From an uncultured Clostridia bacterium (GTDB lineage Bacteria > Bacillota > Clostridia > TANB77 > CAG-465), in assembly GCA_934132895.1 (NCBI GenBank), contig CAKPAG010000006.1, forward strand, positions 933 to 64,932: 64,000 bases of DNA. The letters are read 5' to 3'. Shown here piece after piece: positions 39,192 to 49,087 of this stretch (positions are counted from its first letter, which is position 1; each line of letters opens with the position of its first letter). The position numbers and the translations under genes were made by a program. The notes under the pieces are model-generated. The model made no database searches and was not told the origin of the DNA. It saw only the letters and a program-made list of their open reading frames with translations.

Positions 39192-40898
39192 TTATATTCC
39201 TAAATACTCTTCTAAACAAAGCCCACTGTTAAATACTTTAGTCGCCACATCTGTCCCCAAATACCTTACATGCCAAGGTTCATATTTGTATCCAGTTATA
39301 GCTTGTTTTCCTTTTGGGTATCGAATTATAAAGCCAAACTTATGACAATTTTGTGCAAGCCATATTCCCTCTTTAGTATTCCCAAAATTATCATTTATCG
39401 AATTAAGGTCAAAAGCAAGTCCTATCTGATGCTCTGAATGTCCTGGCCTTGCTGAAAAAGTATCTGCTGAAGCCTGACCATACACACTTACATACCTACT
39501 ATACAGTCCACTTTGAGTAGTATATGACCTAAATCCAGATACTATCCAAAGCGATACGCCTTCATTTGCAGCGGCAGCTTTCATCTGATTAAATGCTGCA
39601 AGCGCTGTTTGATTTACCCCCGGATTATATGTAGAAGGTACACTATATTTTTTGTTTACAACAAGAATTCCTTGTATATATGTTAAACCATTTGAATTAT
39701 TTGCTTGAGGTGCCTGAGTGATTTTTGGTGCCACATATATAACGGGTTTAGGCTTTACTTCAACATTTATAACAGACTCAACAATAGGTTCTTCTTTAGT
39801 TTTTACTTTTATTTCACATTTTCCCACTTTATTTGTTGTAATTTTACCATTTTGATCTACTTTAGCAATATTTTCATTACTGCTCGTCCACTCTACTTCT
39901 TTATTTACTGCATTATCCGGCACTACTTTAGCATTAATACTAGCCTCTTTACCAATTTCAATTGAAATAGAATTTTTATCTACTTCAATTTTTGAAGCCA
40001 CTTCCAATATTTTAACTAATACTTCTTTTACTATACTTTCATCTTGAACTGATATTTCTACTTTGTATTCTCCTTCTTTTTTTGCTACGAAATTTAAATC
40101 AGTACTAATCTCTAATGCTTCATTATCATATTTAGTAATTATATTAGTATTTGTAGCATTTTCAGGTATAAGCTTATATTCAATTTTTTCACTTTGTGTC
40201 CTTTTTATTTCTGTTTGTGATTTACTTAAAGTTATATCTTGCAAAGGAACATAACACACAAAAAATTTGTTACTATTTTCCTCTGGTTTTAAATTTTTGT
40301 CATAAACTTCAAATGTAACATTGCCATTTTCTATGTTTTCAGCCTTTTTTACTATATTTACATTTTCATTAGTATTTATTATTTTATATATGTCCACATT
40401 TTTATTCTTAAATACATTTCTATCTATATTTATTTTAAACTTGCTAATAGATTCTTTAGCTTTAAACTCACTAAAGTCTATGTTGAGTACATCTAGCCCT
40501 TTGAATTTTTCAAGCTCTGATTTTTTTACATCAGTATTAATATTAAATTCTATATATTTAGGTAAAGCGTTATAATCTAAAGTTATTGCATAATTATTAT
40601 AGTTAATTATTAAATTCTTTTTGTTTTCTTTTATATATTCCTTATTTTTGTTACTCATTACTAATATATAAAATTTATATGTAATTTCAATATTTTTCTC
40701 ATCATTACTTTCTACTAATTTTTTACCAAGTTTATAATTAAAATTAAAGTATATAGCAAAAATCACTATAGCTATAATAACTAAAATTAAAAGAAATGAT
40801 AGCATCGTATACAAAAATATCTTTTTCATATTTTTTTTACTTTTCACTTCTTTGGTATTTTTTTCTTCCTCAACTTCATTTTGTTTTTTCTTTTTCAT
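39192..40898 (-). CDS. membrane-anchored D-Ala-D-Ala carboxypeptidase (VanY/M15B) with Big_2 Ig-like domain
   Basis: N-terminal TM; Big_2-like segment; C-terminal SGFRSYTTQ...HSEHQIGLAFDL...YEPWHVRYLG (VanY motifs). Confidence 0.7.
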   Translation of the reverse strand: MKKKKQNEVEEEKNTKEVKSKKNMKKIFLYTMLSFLLILVIIAIVIFAIYFNFNYKLGKKLVESNDEKNIEITYKFYILVMSNKNKEYIKENKKNLIINYNNYAITLDYNALPKYIEFNINTDVKKSELEKFKGLDVLNIDFSEFKAKESISKFKINIDRNVFKNKNVDIYKIINTNENVNIVKKAENIENGNVTFEVYDKNLKPEENSNKFFVCYVPLQDITLSKSQTEIKRTQSEKIEYKLIPENATNTNIITKYDNEALEISTDLNFVAKKEGEYKVEISVQDESIVKEVLVKILEVASKIEVDKNSISIEIGKEASINAKVVPDNAVNKEVEWTSSNENIAKVDQNGKITTNKVGKCEIKVKTKEEPIVESVINVEVKPKPVIYVAPKITQAPQANNSNGLTYIQGILVVNKKYSVPSTYNPGVNQTALAAFNQMKAAAANEGVSLWIVSGFRSYTTQSGLYSRYVSVYGQASADTFSARPGHSEHQIGLAFDLNSINDNFGNTKEGIWLAQNCHKFGFIIRYPKGKQAITGYKYEPWHVRYLGTDVATKVFNSGLCLEEYLGI

Positions 40899-40915
40899 AC
40901 TTTTTCCTTCTTCAC

Positions 40916-41630
40916 CTAATACACTTTTGAATTATATATCCTCATACTAATTAAGTTATTTACTGTTTCTTTTCGCCTTACTAAATAGTCAACTTTAAAT
41001 TCATTAGTTATACTTTCAAACTTTCTTTTATATTTTAAGGTTGCAAAGTACGTTTTTGAATCTATCTCATTTAAATTTAGAAGCTCTACCTCATCATATC
41101 CGAGTGTTATACATAGTAAGGGGAACAAGAGCCACCATATCTGTTTGTGTATCATAAAATTTATAATTATATAAAATTATATCACACTCTCCAAAAATTT
41201 CAAATACTATTTTTTCTATTAATGATTTATCAACAAATCCCAATGAGTTTATAGCTGTATCATCCTCCATATATATATAATTTTTATCTACATTTTTTAT
41301 TTCGCTCTGGTATTTACCTAAATTTTGAATAATATATGCATTTGCTATATCAAGTTTTTGTTCAATTGAAAAACTTACTTCACCTTTTTCTATATCATCA
41401 TATATGGAAAGAACAGAAAAAATTGTTGTGTCTATATTTTTTAAAAAGCAGAATATATCATTTGAAATATCAGATGATGTAAGTACTTGAGTATGTTCCA
41501 CTTCTACATCATTCTTAAGACTAGTTTTAAAACGTATTTTAAATTTTAACTCAAAAACTATAATATATAAAATTATTGCAATCAAAATTATAGCTAATTT
41601 GAATATAATAAATCTTGGACTTTTCTTCAT
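40916..41630 (-). CDS. hypothetical membrane-anchored protein, probably one gene split by +1 frameshift at G4 run
   Basis: ORFs 41094-41630 and 40916-41155 overlap by 62 nt; removing one C from CCCC (plus GGGG 41122-41125) fuses them into ~245 aa. Confidence 0.3.
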
Positions 41631-41788
41631 AAAACTTTTTCCTCAAAAATATTATATTTACTAAATTAAACATATATAACAAAAAAGGAATAAAGCTAAT
41701 ATTAAATTATTATGCTCTATTCCATTAGAATTAAGTTATATTTAAATATCTTTTATATATACTAATACCTACATTTCTAGCTGCTTTA

Positions 41789-42830
41789 TTAATCTTCATC
41801 ACTATCAGCTACCTCGATATCTTTTATATGTAATGCAATATCTTCGGCTTTAGGTAATTGTTTTTGCAAATATTCTGGAATATCTTCTAATAGTTTGTAT
41901 TCACTAACTCCTATTGGATTATTTACATTTCTCAAAGCATACTCTGCTGTCAATTTATCTTTTCCTTTGCATAATAGAATACCAATTGTAGGATTATCTC
42001 CTTTTTTTCTTAATATATCATCAACAGCAGACAAGTAAAAATTAATTTGCCCTGCATCTGTTGGCTTAAATTTTCTGGCTTTTAATTCAACTACAATATA
42101 ACATCTTAATTCTAGATGATAAAATAATAGATCTATAAAATAATCCGTATCGCTAACCGTGATTTTATATTGATTTCCCACAAAGGCAAATCCATTTCCA
42201 AGTTCAATAAGTACATCTTTTATTTTATTTATCATAGCATTTTCAATTTTTATTTCATTTGAATATTTTTTTAATGAAATAAAATCAAACAAATATGGAT
42301 CTTTCATTGTTTGCATTGCTAAATCGCTCTGCACATTTGGAAGAGTGGCAGAAAAATTAGTTGTTTTTTCTGCTATAGCTTGTCTTTCATATAACTTACT
42401 TGCAATTTGCATTTCTAGTACATTTACAGACCATCCATTTTTTATAGTTTGACTAATATACCATTTTCTAATCTCAACATCTTTTATTTTTTCCATTAGC
42501 AATACATTATGTGTCCAAGGAATTTGTGCAGTTATTGACTGCACAAATTCAAAATCCTGATATTCTTCTGCAAATCTTCTCATATTTTTTAAATTTCTAA
42601 CCGAAAATCCGCCTTATTTCAGGAAATTCTAATTTTAAATCTATTGATAAATTATCTACAAATTTATTTCCCCACTGACTGTTTTTTAAAATAATCTTAC
42701 CTATGTTCCAATATAAGAAAATAAGTTCTTTATTAACAGCCTGCATTGCTCGATATTGAGATTTTAAAATTTCTTGTTTAATATTAAGCCAATTTAGTTT
42801 TATTTTATTTTTTCTATTGTAATTTTTCCA
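41789..42830 (-). pseudogene. YhcG-like (DUF1016) PDDEXK nuclease-fold gene with frameshift(s), 5' end overlapping clpC 3' end
   Basis: ORF 41789-42583 starts at MRRFAEEY; upstream in another frame KLNWLNIKQEILKSQYRAMQAVNKELIFLYWNIGKIILKNSQWGNKFVDNLSIDLKLEFPEIR then +1 frame GFSVRNLKNMRRFAEEY; one-nt insertion near 42607-42615 (AGGCGGATT); no in-frame start for N-terminal segment (MEKLQ* in third frame). Confidence 0.5.
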
Positions 42831-45235
42831 TCTTTTAAAGAAATTTGAACATTATCTTTTTCTTTTATTTTTTTATCTAAAATGGCCTCTGCAAATTTAT
42901 CTTCAATATTGCTTTGAATAGCACGTCTTAAAGGTCTTGCTCCATAAGTTTCATCATATCCTACTTTAGCTATATATTTTATAACGTCGTCAGATATTGT
43001 AATCTTCATATTTTTCTTTTCAACACGTTTTTTAAACTTATCAAGCATAAGTGAAGTTATCTTTTCTATAGATCCAGTATCTAACTTTTTAAATACTATT
43101 ATCTCATCTAATCTATTTAAAAATTCAGGTCTAAACATTTTCTTAAGTTCAGACATAACTTCCTCTTTTGTCTTTTCATAATCTTCTTCTGCCTTTTGTT
43201 TGTTTACAAAACCTAATTGTTTTCTTTCTACAATGTTTCTTGCTCCTGTGTTAGAAGTCATAATTATAACTGTATTTTTAAAGCTTACTACTCTACCATT
43301 TGAATCAGTAAGTCTACCATCTTCTAGTATTTGTAACAACATGTTAAATACATCGGGATGTGCTTTTTCTATTTCATCAAATAGTATTATGCTATATGGT
43401 TTACGTCTTACTTGTTCTGTAAGTTGACCACCATCATCATAACCTACATATCCAGGTGGTGAACCAATAAGTTTTGATACACTATGAGGTTCCATATACT
43501 CAGACATATCCAATCTTATCATTGCATTTTCATCACCAAATAAATTTTCTGCTAAGGCTTTTGTAAGTTCTGTTTTACCTACACCCGTTGGACCAAGTAA
43601 CATAAATGAACCTATTGGTCTTTTCTCATCTTGAAGTCCCACTCTTGCTCTTTTTATAGCACGAGCTAAAGCTTCAACAGCTTCATCTTGACCAATAACT
43701 CTTTTCTTTAAAGTTTCATCTAGTTTTCTTAGCTTTTCACTTTCAGTTTCTGTAAGTTTTGAAACAGGTATTTTTGTCCAGTTTGAAACGACATCGCAAA
43801 TATCTTCTTTAGAAATAGAAGCTTCTTTTTTCTTTTCTTTTTTCTCCCACTCAGATTTTTTATTTGCAATTTCTTCTTTTAATTTCTTTTCTTCATCTCT
43901 TACTTTCGCAGCTTTTTCAAAGTCTTGAGAAATTATAGCTTCTTCCTTTTCTTTTGAAAGAATATCTTTCTTTTTCTCAAGTTCTTTTATTCCTTTTGGC
44001 ATAGTTACAGTTTTTAGTTTTACCTTAGAACAAGCTTCATCAATTAAATCGATTGCTTTATCTGGTAAATATCTATCGTTTATATATCTTATAGACATAG
44101 CAACTGCTTCTTTAATAGCTTCATCAGTTATTTTTACCTTATGATGAGCCTCATATTTATCTTTTAAACCTTTTAATATCTTTACAGTATCTTCTGCATT
44201 TGGTTCATCAATTAATACACTTTGAAATCTTCTTTCTAGTGCACTATCTTTTTCTATATTTTTTCTATATTCATTTAAAGTAGTTGCACCTATTATTTGT
44301 ACTTCTCCCCTTGATAAAAGAGGTTTTAAAATGTTTGCTGCATCCATTGCACCTTCTGCAGCTCCTGCACCAATTATAGTGTGCATTTCATCTATAAACA
44401 GAATTACATTTCCGCATTTTTTTATTTCTTGAAGTGATTTTTTAAGTCTTTCTTCAAAATCACCTCTATATTTTGCTCCGGCTACCATAGATGACATATC
44501 AAGTGAAACCACTCTTTTTGACTTTAATATTTCAGGTACTTTTCCATCTACAATCATTTGGGCTAGACCTTCGACTACTGCAGTTTTCCCTACACCTGGT
44601 TCACCTATTAATACTGGATTATTCTTTGTTCTTCTGCTTAGTATTTCTATAATTCTTTGTATTTCACTACTTCTGCCAATAACAGGATCAACTTTTCCTT
44701 CACTTGCTAAAGCTGTTAAATCTTTTCCATATTGATTAAGTGTAGGGGTATTATTTGCTCCCATATTTTTTTCATTTGATTCATCATTATATAACGAAAA
44801 TGGTGAATCTTCACTTAAAAGTTTTAAGATTTCGGCAAATATTCTTTGTGGATCAATATTTGCATCAATTAAAATTCTTACTGCCACACTATCTATCTCT
44901 CTCATAAGTGATAGTAATATGTGTTCAGTTCCTACGTAGTTTTGCCCCATTCTTTTAGACTCTCTGCTACTATTTTCTATTATTCTTTTAGCTCTTGGAG
45001 TAAGTTCAGGTTCACTATCTAGTGTATTCATAATTCCATCTATTTTTAGTATTTCACCTTCAACATACTCTTTAGTTAAGCCTTGGCTTGTAAGTATTTT
45101 ACAAGCTAACCCTTCCCCTTCGGCAACTAAGCCATAGAGAATATGCTCTGTTCCTATAAAAGAATAATTATTTTCTATTGCAAATTCTCTTGCAATTTCT
45201 AATACTCTACTTGCTCTTCCTGTAAATTCATACAT
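42800..45235 (-). CDS. clpC: ATP-dependent Clp protease ATP-binding subunit ClpC
   Basis: two Clp-N repeats, two AAA modules (GEPGVGKTAVVEG; GPTGVGKTELTKAL), UVR-like coiled coil. Confidence 0.95.
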   Translation of the reverse strand: MYEFTGRASRVLEIAREFAIENNYSFIGTEHILYGLVAEGEGLACKILTSQGLTKEYVEGEILKIDGIMNTLDSEPELTPRAKRIIENSSRESKRMGQNYVGTEHILLSLMREIDSVAVRILIDANIDPQRIFAEILKLLSEDSPFSLYNDESNEKNMGANNTPTLNQYGKDLTALASEGKVDPVIGRSSEIQRIIEILSRRTKNNPVLIGEPGVGKTAVVEGLAQMIVDGKVPEILKSKRVVSLDMSSMVAGAKYRGDFEERLKKSLQEIKKCGNVILFIDEMHTIIGAGAAEGAMDAANILKPLLSRGEVQIIGATTLNEYRKNIEKDSALERRFQSVLIDEPNAEDTVKILKGLKDKYEAHHKVKITDEAIKEAVAMSIRYINDRYLPDKAIDLIDEACSKVKLKTVTMPKGIKELEKKKDILSKEKEEAIISQDFEKAAKVRDEEKKLKEEIANKKSEWEKKEKKKEASISKEDICDVVSNWTKIPVSKLTETESEKLRKLDETLKKRVIGQDEAVEALARAIKRARVGLQDEKRPIGSFMLLGPTGVGKTELTKALAENLFGDENAMIRLDMSEYMEPHSVSKLIGSPPGYVGYDDGGQLTEQVRRKPYSIILFDEIEKAHPDVFNMLLQILEDGRLTDSNGRVVSFKNTVIIMTSNTGARNIVERKQLGFVNKQKAEEDYEKTKEEVMSELKKMFRPEFLNRLDEIIVFKKLDTGSIEKITSLMLDKFKKRVEKKNMKITISDDVIKYIAKVGYDETYGARPLRRAIQSNIEDKFAEAILDKKIKEKDNVQISLKDGKITIEKIK

Positions 45236-45236
45236 A

Positions 45237-46232
45237 TTAATTCAACTCCTCTCTTATATATTTAGCTCTTTTTACTAATTCTTCTTGTCTTGACAAGTCT
45301 TGTTTTTCATTTAATTTTAGTGTATTTGATAATATATTTATCATTATTTCTTGGATTTTTTGGAGTGAAACATCTTTAATCATATCTATACTCACTCCAA
45401 GCCTTACTTTTGATAAAAGCTTTACAGCTTCATCTTGTGATATTACTCTTGAATTTTTAAGTATTCCATACGCTCTAAATATCTCATCTTCAAATTGAAT
45501 ATTCCCATTTTTTAATACTTCTCTTGCTTTTCTTTCTTGTTCAACAATTGATGTAATTATAGCTTTAATTCCAGATATGATATTTTCATCACTCATTCCA
45601 AGTGTTTTTTGGTTTGATATCTGATACATATATCCATCACCACTTGTATTTTCTCCATATAGCCCTCTAACTGATACACCTATACTTGCAGCTTGATCTA
45701 GTAACTTATTTAAAAGACCTACCCTTGCTAATGCTGGAAGATGTAAAAGAACTGACACTCTCATACCACTTCCAACGTTTGTTGGACAAGATGTTATATA
45801 TCCATATTTTTCATTTTTAATATATTCTACTTTTTCTCCTAAACTATCTGTAAAACAAGTTAAATCTTCATAACACTTATCTATATTAAAACCGGCAGAA
45901 AACGCTTGTATCCTTAAATGATCCTCTTCATTTACCATAGCAACTACTGAACTATCTTCATTTGTGATAATAGCTCCTAGTTCATCTCCTACAAATTCTT
46001 TAGATATTATATGTTTTTCCATAAGACTTAATTTTGTTACATCATCAATATCCTGCATTTTAAGTAACTTGTACTTTTTCTTATCTATACTTTTTTCAAG
46101 AATATCTATAATTTCTTTTCTTTCTTTATCACTCATTATAACAGGAAATCTATAACCTTTTATATTTCTTGCAAATCTTATTCTTGAAGAAATAACAACA
46201 TCTGAATCTTTTGATACTTCATTATACCACAT
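45237..46232 (-). CDS. mcsB: protein arginine kinase McsB
   Basis: SSRIRFARNIKGYRFP and phosphagen-kinase-like CPTNVGSGMR motif. Confidence 0.85.
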   Translation of the reverse strand: MWYNEVSKDSDVVISSRIRFARNIKGYRFPVIMSDKERKEIIDILEKSIDKKKYKLLKMQDIDDVTKLSLMEKHIISKEFVGDELGAIITNEDSSVVAMVNEEDHLRIQAFSAGFNIDKCYEDLTCFTDSLGEKVEYIKNEKYGYITSCPTNVGSGMRVSVLLHLPALARVGLLNKLLDQAASIGVSVRGLYGENTSGDGYMYQISNQKTLGMSDENIISGIKAIITSIVEQERKAREVLKNGNIQFEDEIFRAYGILKNSRVISQDEAVKLLSKVRLGVSIDMIKDVSLQKIQEIMINILSNTLKLNEKQDLSRQEELVKRAKYIREELN

Positions 46233-46255
46233 TTAAATTCCCCCTCTTTTTATCT

Positions 46256-46780
46256 TTAATCTTTATTTTGATTTTTTTCTAATTCTTTTATTTTATCTCT
46301 AATTATAGCTGCTTCTTCGTATTTTTCATCTTTCACTAGTTCCTTTATTTTTTCTTTCAAGTCATCAATATTTTCTTCTTTTGATTCTTTGATATAACTT
46401 TTTTTGCTATCAACATTTACTTTATTCTTTTTATTTAACTTAATATGTCTATTCTTTCCGTGAAATTTTAAAAACAATTCATCTAAAGTATCTTCAAATG
46501 TGTTATAGCATTCTTCACATCCAAACATACCAGTTTTAGAATAATCATCTAAAGTATATCCACACTTTGGACATACTAAAGTTTCAGGTAATTTTGTATC
46601 TTTAAAAAATTCAGGAATTGAAACAAACATAGGAGAAAATATACTTGAAAAATCTCCTACACCCATTTTATTTGCACAATTCTCACAAAGATAATACTCG
46701 TGTTTTTTTCCATTTATACTCTCTGAATATCTTACTGTAGCTTCTCTTTTTCCACAACTTTGACATTTCATAATAATCAC
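46256..46780 (-). CDS. mcsA: McsA (UVR-domain zinc-finger activator of McsB)
   Basis: CxxC zinc fingers (CQSCGKREA, CENCANK, CPKCGYT, CEECYNTF) plus UVR motif EKYEEAAIIRDKIKELE. Confidence 0.8.
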   Translation of the reverse strand: MIIMKCQSCGKREATVRYSESINGKKHEYYLCENCANKMGVGDFSSIFSPMFVSIPEFFKDTKLPETLVCPKCGYTLDDYSKTGMFGCEECYNTFEDTLDELFLKFHGKNRHIKLNKKNKVNVDSKKSYIKESKEENIDDLKEKIKELVKDEKYEEAAIIRDKIKELEKNQNKD

Positions 46781-46790
46781 TCCTTTTTAC

Positions 46791-47240
46791 TTAATTTAAT
46801 ATATTTATAATGAGATTTTTAAAAATATCAGCTCTTACGTCATTACGTATTAATTTATCAACTTTTTCCAAACTCTTATCTGACACTGCCACTTTTATCA
46901 TTTTAGCTTTGTCTTCATCTAATATATTATAACTTACAAAATCTTTAAGGTAAACATCTACGACACTTTGTGACAATTTGTTACCAATCTTGTCAATTAA
47001 AGTTGCAAGTTCACTTTCGTCAGACATATCTTTTTTTATTATTTTAATATATCCTCCGCCCCCTCTTCTACTTTCAACATAAAAGCCCATTTCTGGAACA
47101 AATCTTGTGGATATAACATAATTGATTTGAGATGGTACACAATTAAACATACGACTTAAATCACTTCTTCTTAACTCTAATTCATTTGTGTCTTTTATAC
47201 AATCTCTAATATATTCTTCTATTAAATCTGATAATTTCAT
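46791..47240 (-). CDS. ctsR: transcriptional repressor CtsR
   Basis: MKLSDLIEEYIRDCI..RRSDLSRMFNCVPSQINYVISTRF (HTH) ...; first gene of ctsR-mcsA-mcsB-clpC. Confidence 0.85.
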   Translation of the reverse strand: MKLSDLIEEYIRDCIKDTNELELRRSDLSRMFNCVPSQINYVISTRFVPEMGFYVESRRGGGGYIKIIKKDMSDESELATLIDKIGNKLSQSVVDVYLKDFVSYNILDEDKAKMIKVAVSDKSLEKVDKLIRNDVRADIFKNLIINILN

Positions 47241-47260
47241 CTTAATCGCCTCTTTTTTAA

Positions 47261-47278
47261 CTTTGACTTTCTTTGACT
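47261..47278 (-). promoter_or_regulatory. CtsR operator (tandem heptad AGTCAAA-GAA-AGTCAAA)
   Basis: minus strand AGTCAAAGAAAGTCAAAG matches (A/G)GTCAAA-NAN-(A/G)GTCAAA; immediately downstream of -10. Confidence 0.75.
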
Positions 47279-47307
47279 ATTATACAACTTTTTTTATCCT
47301 TTGTCAA
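47279..47307 (-). promoter_or_regulatory. sigma-A promoter of ctsR operon
   Basis: TTGACA (47302-47307) - 17 nt - TATAAT (47279-47284), perfect consensus. Confidence 0.75.
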
Positions 47308-47413
47308 TAGCTCTAAAAAAAATATATATATTTGAATAACAAAAGTATAATAAAATGAACTCTATTATTATGCCAAACGGTTTAATAATTTGAGTTCATT
47401 TCATATTTTTAAA

Positions 47414-48943
47414 TTATTTTTCTTTACTATATATAGCCTCTATCTTACTTGGATTTATACTAGTACCAATTGATATATTATTAATTCCATTTATAGTTGA
47501 TATTTCTGGTAGATTTAGTATTTTTTCTTCAGTCTTAGATTCTAATGTAGTACAAACTTTTACAGGTTTATTTTCATTTTTTAAATCAGATAAATATTTT
47601 TTGAATCCAGATACACTTACATCATAATTTAAATTTGTTAAATAAGTTTTGTTAATCTTTAATTGATAAAATTTAGTATTTGAAATATTACAACCTTCAA
47701 CATCTTGTGTAAATATTGAAGCCCTACCAGGATATTTTTCTACTAATATATTAGATAATAATCTACCATTTGAAAGTAGGTCACTATCTGATAAAAAGAA
47801 TCTTTGATTAACTACATTAGTTCCACTTCCACCTAATTCCCATCTTTCTGTGCCATCAAATACTCTTCCTTTTATATTTCTTACAATTTTTTTATTCTTA
47901 AAGTCTATATAATCTACTGCATCTCCAACTTTTCTTAAAGGTTCATTTAAAAATATGTTTGTTGTAGTGCCTTCTACGTATGGCTCATAATCTGTAGCAG
48001 CAGTTCCCAATTCTATTTGAATATTTTTTATTATTGAATCTGCTCCACCTTGTGCAGAAGTTTGCTTATACAAATAGACACCACTATCTAACATCTCCTG
48101 TGTAGCTATATACTTTGTTTTATTGGTAATATAAGTATTGTAACTCGAACTTGTATTATTTAAATAAATCTGACTATAACCATTTGTTTCCATAGAAAAT
48201 ACAAATTCATCTCCTACTTTTAAATTTGGAGCCAACTGCGATAACTTTTTACCTGTAAATGATGGATAACTTTTTACTGTTATGCTTCCGTCTCCATTAT
48301 CTAAAATACGAGTTCCGGTTATGCACTCTTTTATATCAAATAAATTTTTTCCAGTCACTGTTACAGGTATTTTATATTTTCCATAATTAGAGTCATTTGT
48401 GTCTGTTACTAATTCTCCTACACTTTGTATTTCTACTGGATTATCTGGTGTAGGTGTACCATTTTGTATACTATTACCATATATCCTTAAGTTTTCTAAT
48501 TTTCCAACAGTAGCATTATCTATCTGAATATTTTTACTATCACTTGATACGGCTTTATCATAGTTTGTATTTTCTCCTGTTAATGTCTCATTAGCCCAAT
48601 TATACTCTTGCATATTTGATTCATCTGTATATTCTAAACTTCCACCATTTATAGCTATTTTTTCTATATATTTATCTTTTATACCTGGTAAAATATTTTT
48701 TATATCTTCACCTGACTTATTCAAATCACTTACATTATATGTTCCTTGACTATCTGCATATTGTTTTTGAATGTATAAATCTAATTCTTCCTTTAGCGTT
48801 ATTATATCATTTTGAAATGTTGCTTTTTTAGCATTTTCAATTGGATTGTTATTTGCAATAGAAAGTATTACTGCTACTGCCAATATTATAATTACTATTA
48901 TTGTTATTACTAGTACTATAAGTGATATACCTCTTTTTTTCAT
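47414..48943 (-). CDS. mosaic pilin-like N-terminus surface protein, paralog 1 (509 aa)
   Basis: MKKRG/ISLIVLVITIIVIIILAVAVIL class-III-signal-like segment (no Glu+5); ~200-aa N-terminal region ~95% identical to paralog 2; distinct central module; conserved C-terminus IPEISTINGINNISIGTSINPSKIEAIY. Confidence 0.6.
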   Translation of the reverse strand: MKKRGISLIVLVITIIVIIILAVAVILSIANNNPIENAKKATFQNDIITLKEELDLYIQKQYADSQGTYNVSDLNKSGEDIKNILPGIKDKYIEKIAINGGSLEYTDESNMQEYNWANETLTGENTNYDKAVSSDSKNIQIDNATVGKLENLRIYGNSIQNGTPTPDNPVEIQSVGELVTDTNDSNYGKYKIPVTVTGKNLFDIKECITGTRILDNGDGSITVKSYPSFTGKKLSQLAPNLKVGDEFVFSMETNGYSQIYLNNTSSSYNTYITNKTKYIATQEMLDSGVYLYKQTSAQGGADSIIKNIQIELGTAATDYEPYVEGTTTNIFLNEPLRKVGDAVDYIDFKNKKIVRNIKGRVFDGTERWELGGSGTNVVNQRFFLSDSDLLSNGRLLSNILVEKYPGRASIFTQDVEGCNISNTKFYQLKINKTYLTNLNYDVSVSGFKKYLSDLKNENKPVKVCTTLESKTEEKILNLPEISTINGINNISIGTSINPSKIEAIYSKEK

Positions 48944-49087
48944 AAATCATTCTCCTCTTTTTATTATTTGCTTTTTAGCAATAATTATTATACAATAAAA
49001 TTCAACATCTTGCAATAAGTTTACAATAAATTTACCATAATTTTTAATACAAAAAGATGGCTATATTAGCCATCTCTCCTATTAATT
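48944..49087. repeat. repeated intergenic unit (terminator + promoter + palindromic 5'UTR), copy 1
   Basis: near-identical to 50654-50797; contains AGATGGCTA-ata-TAGCCATCT terminator hairpin (minus), TTGCAA-17-TATAAT promoter, TTATTTGC-TTTTT-AGCAATAA palindrome, AAGAGGAGAA RBS. Confidence 0.7.
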
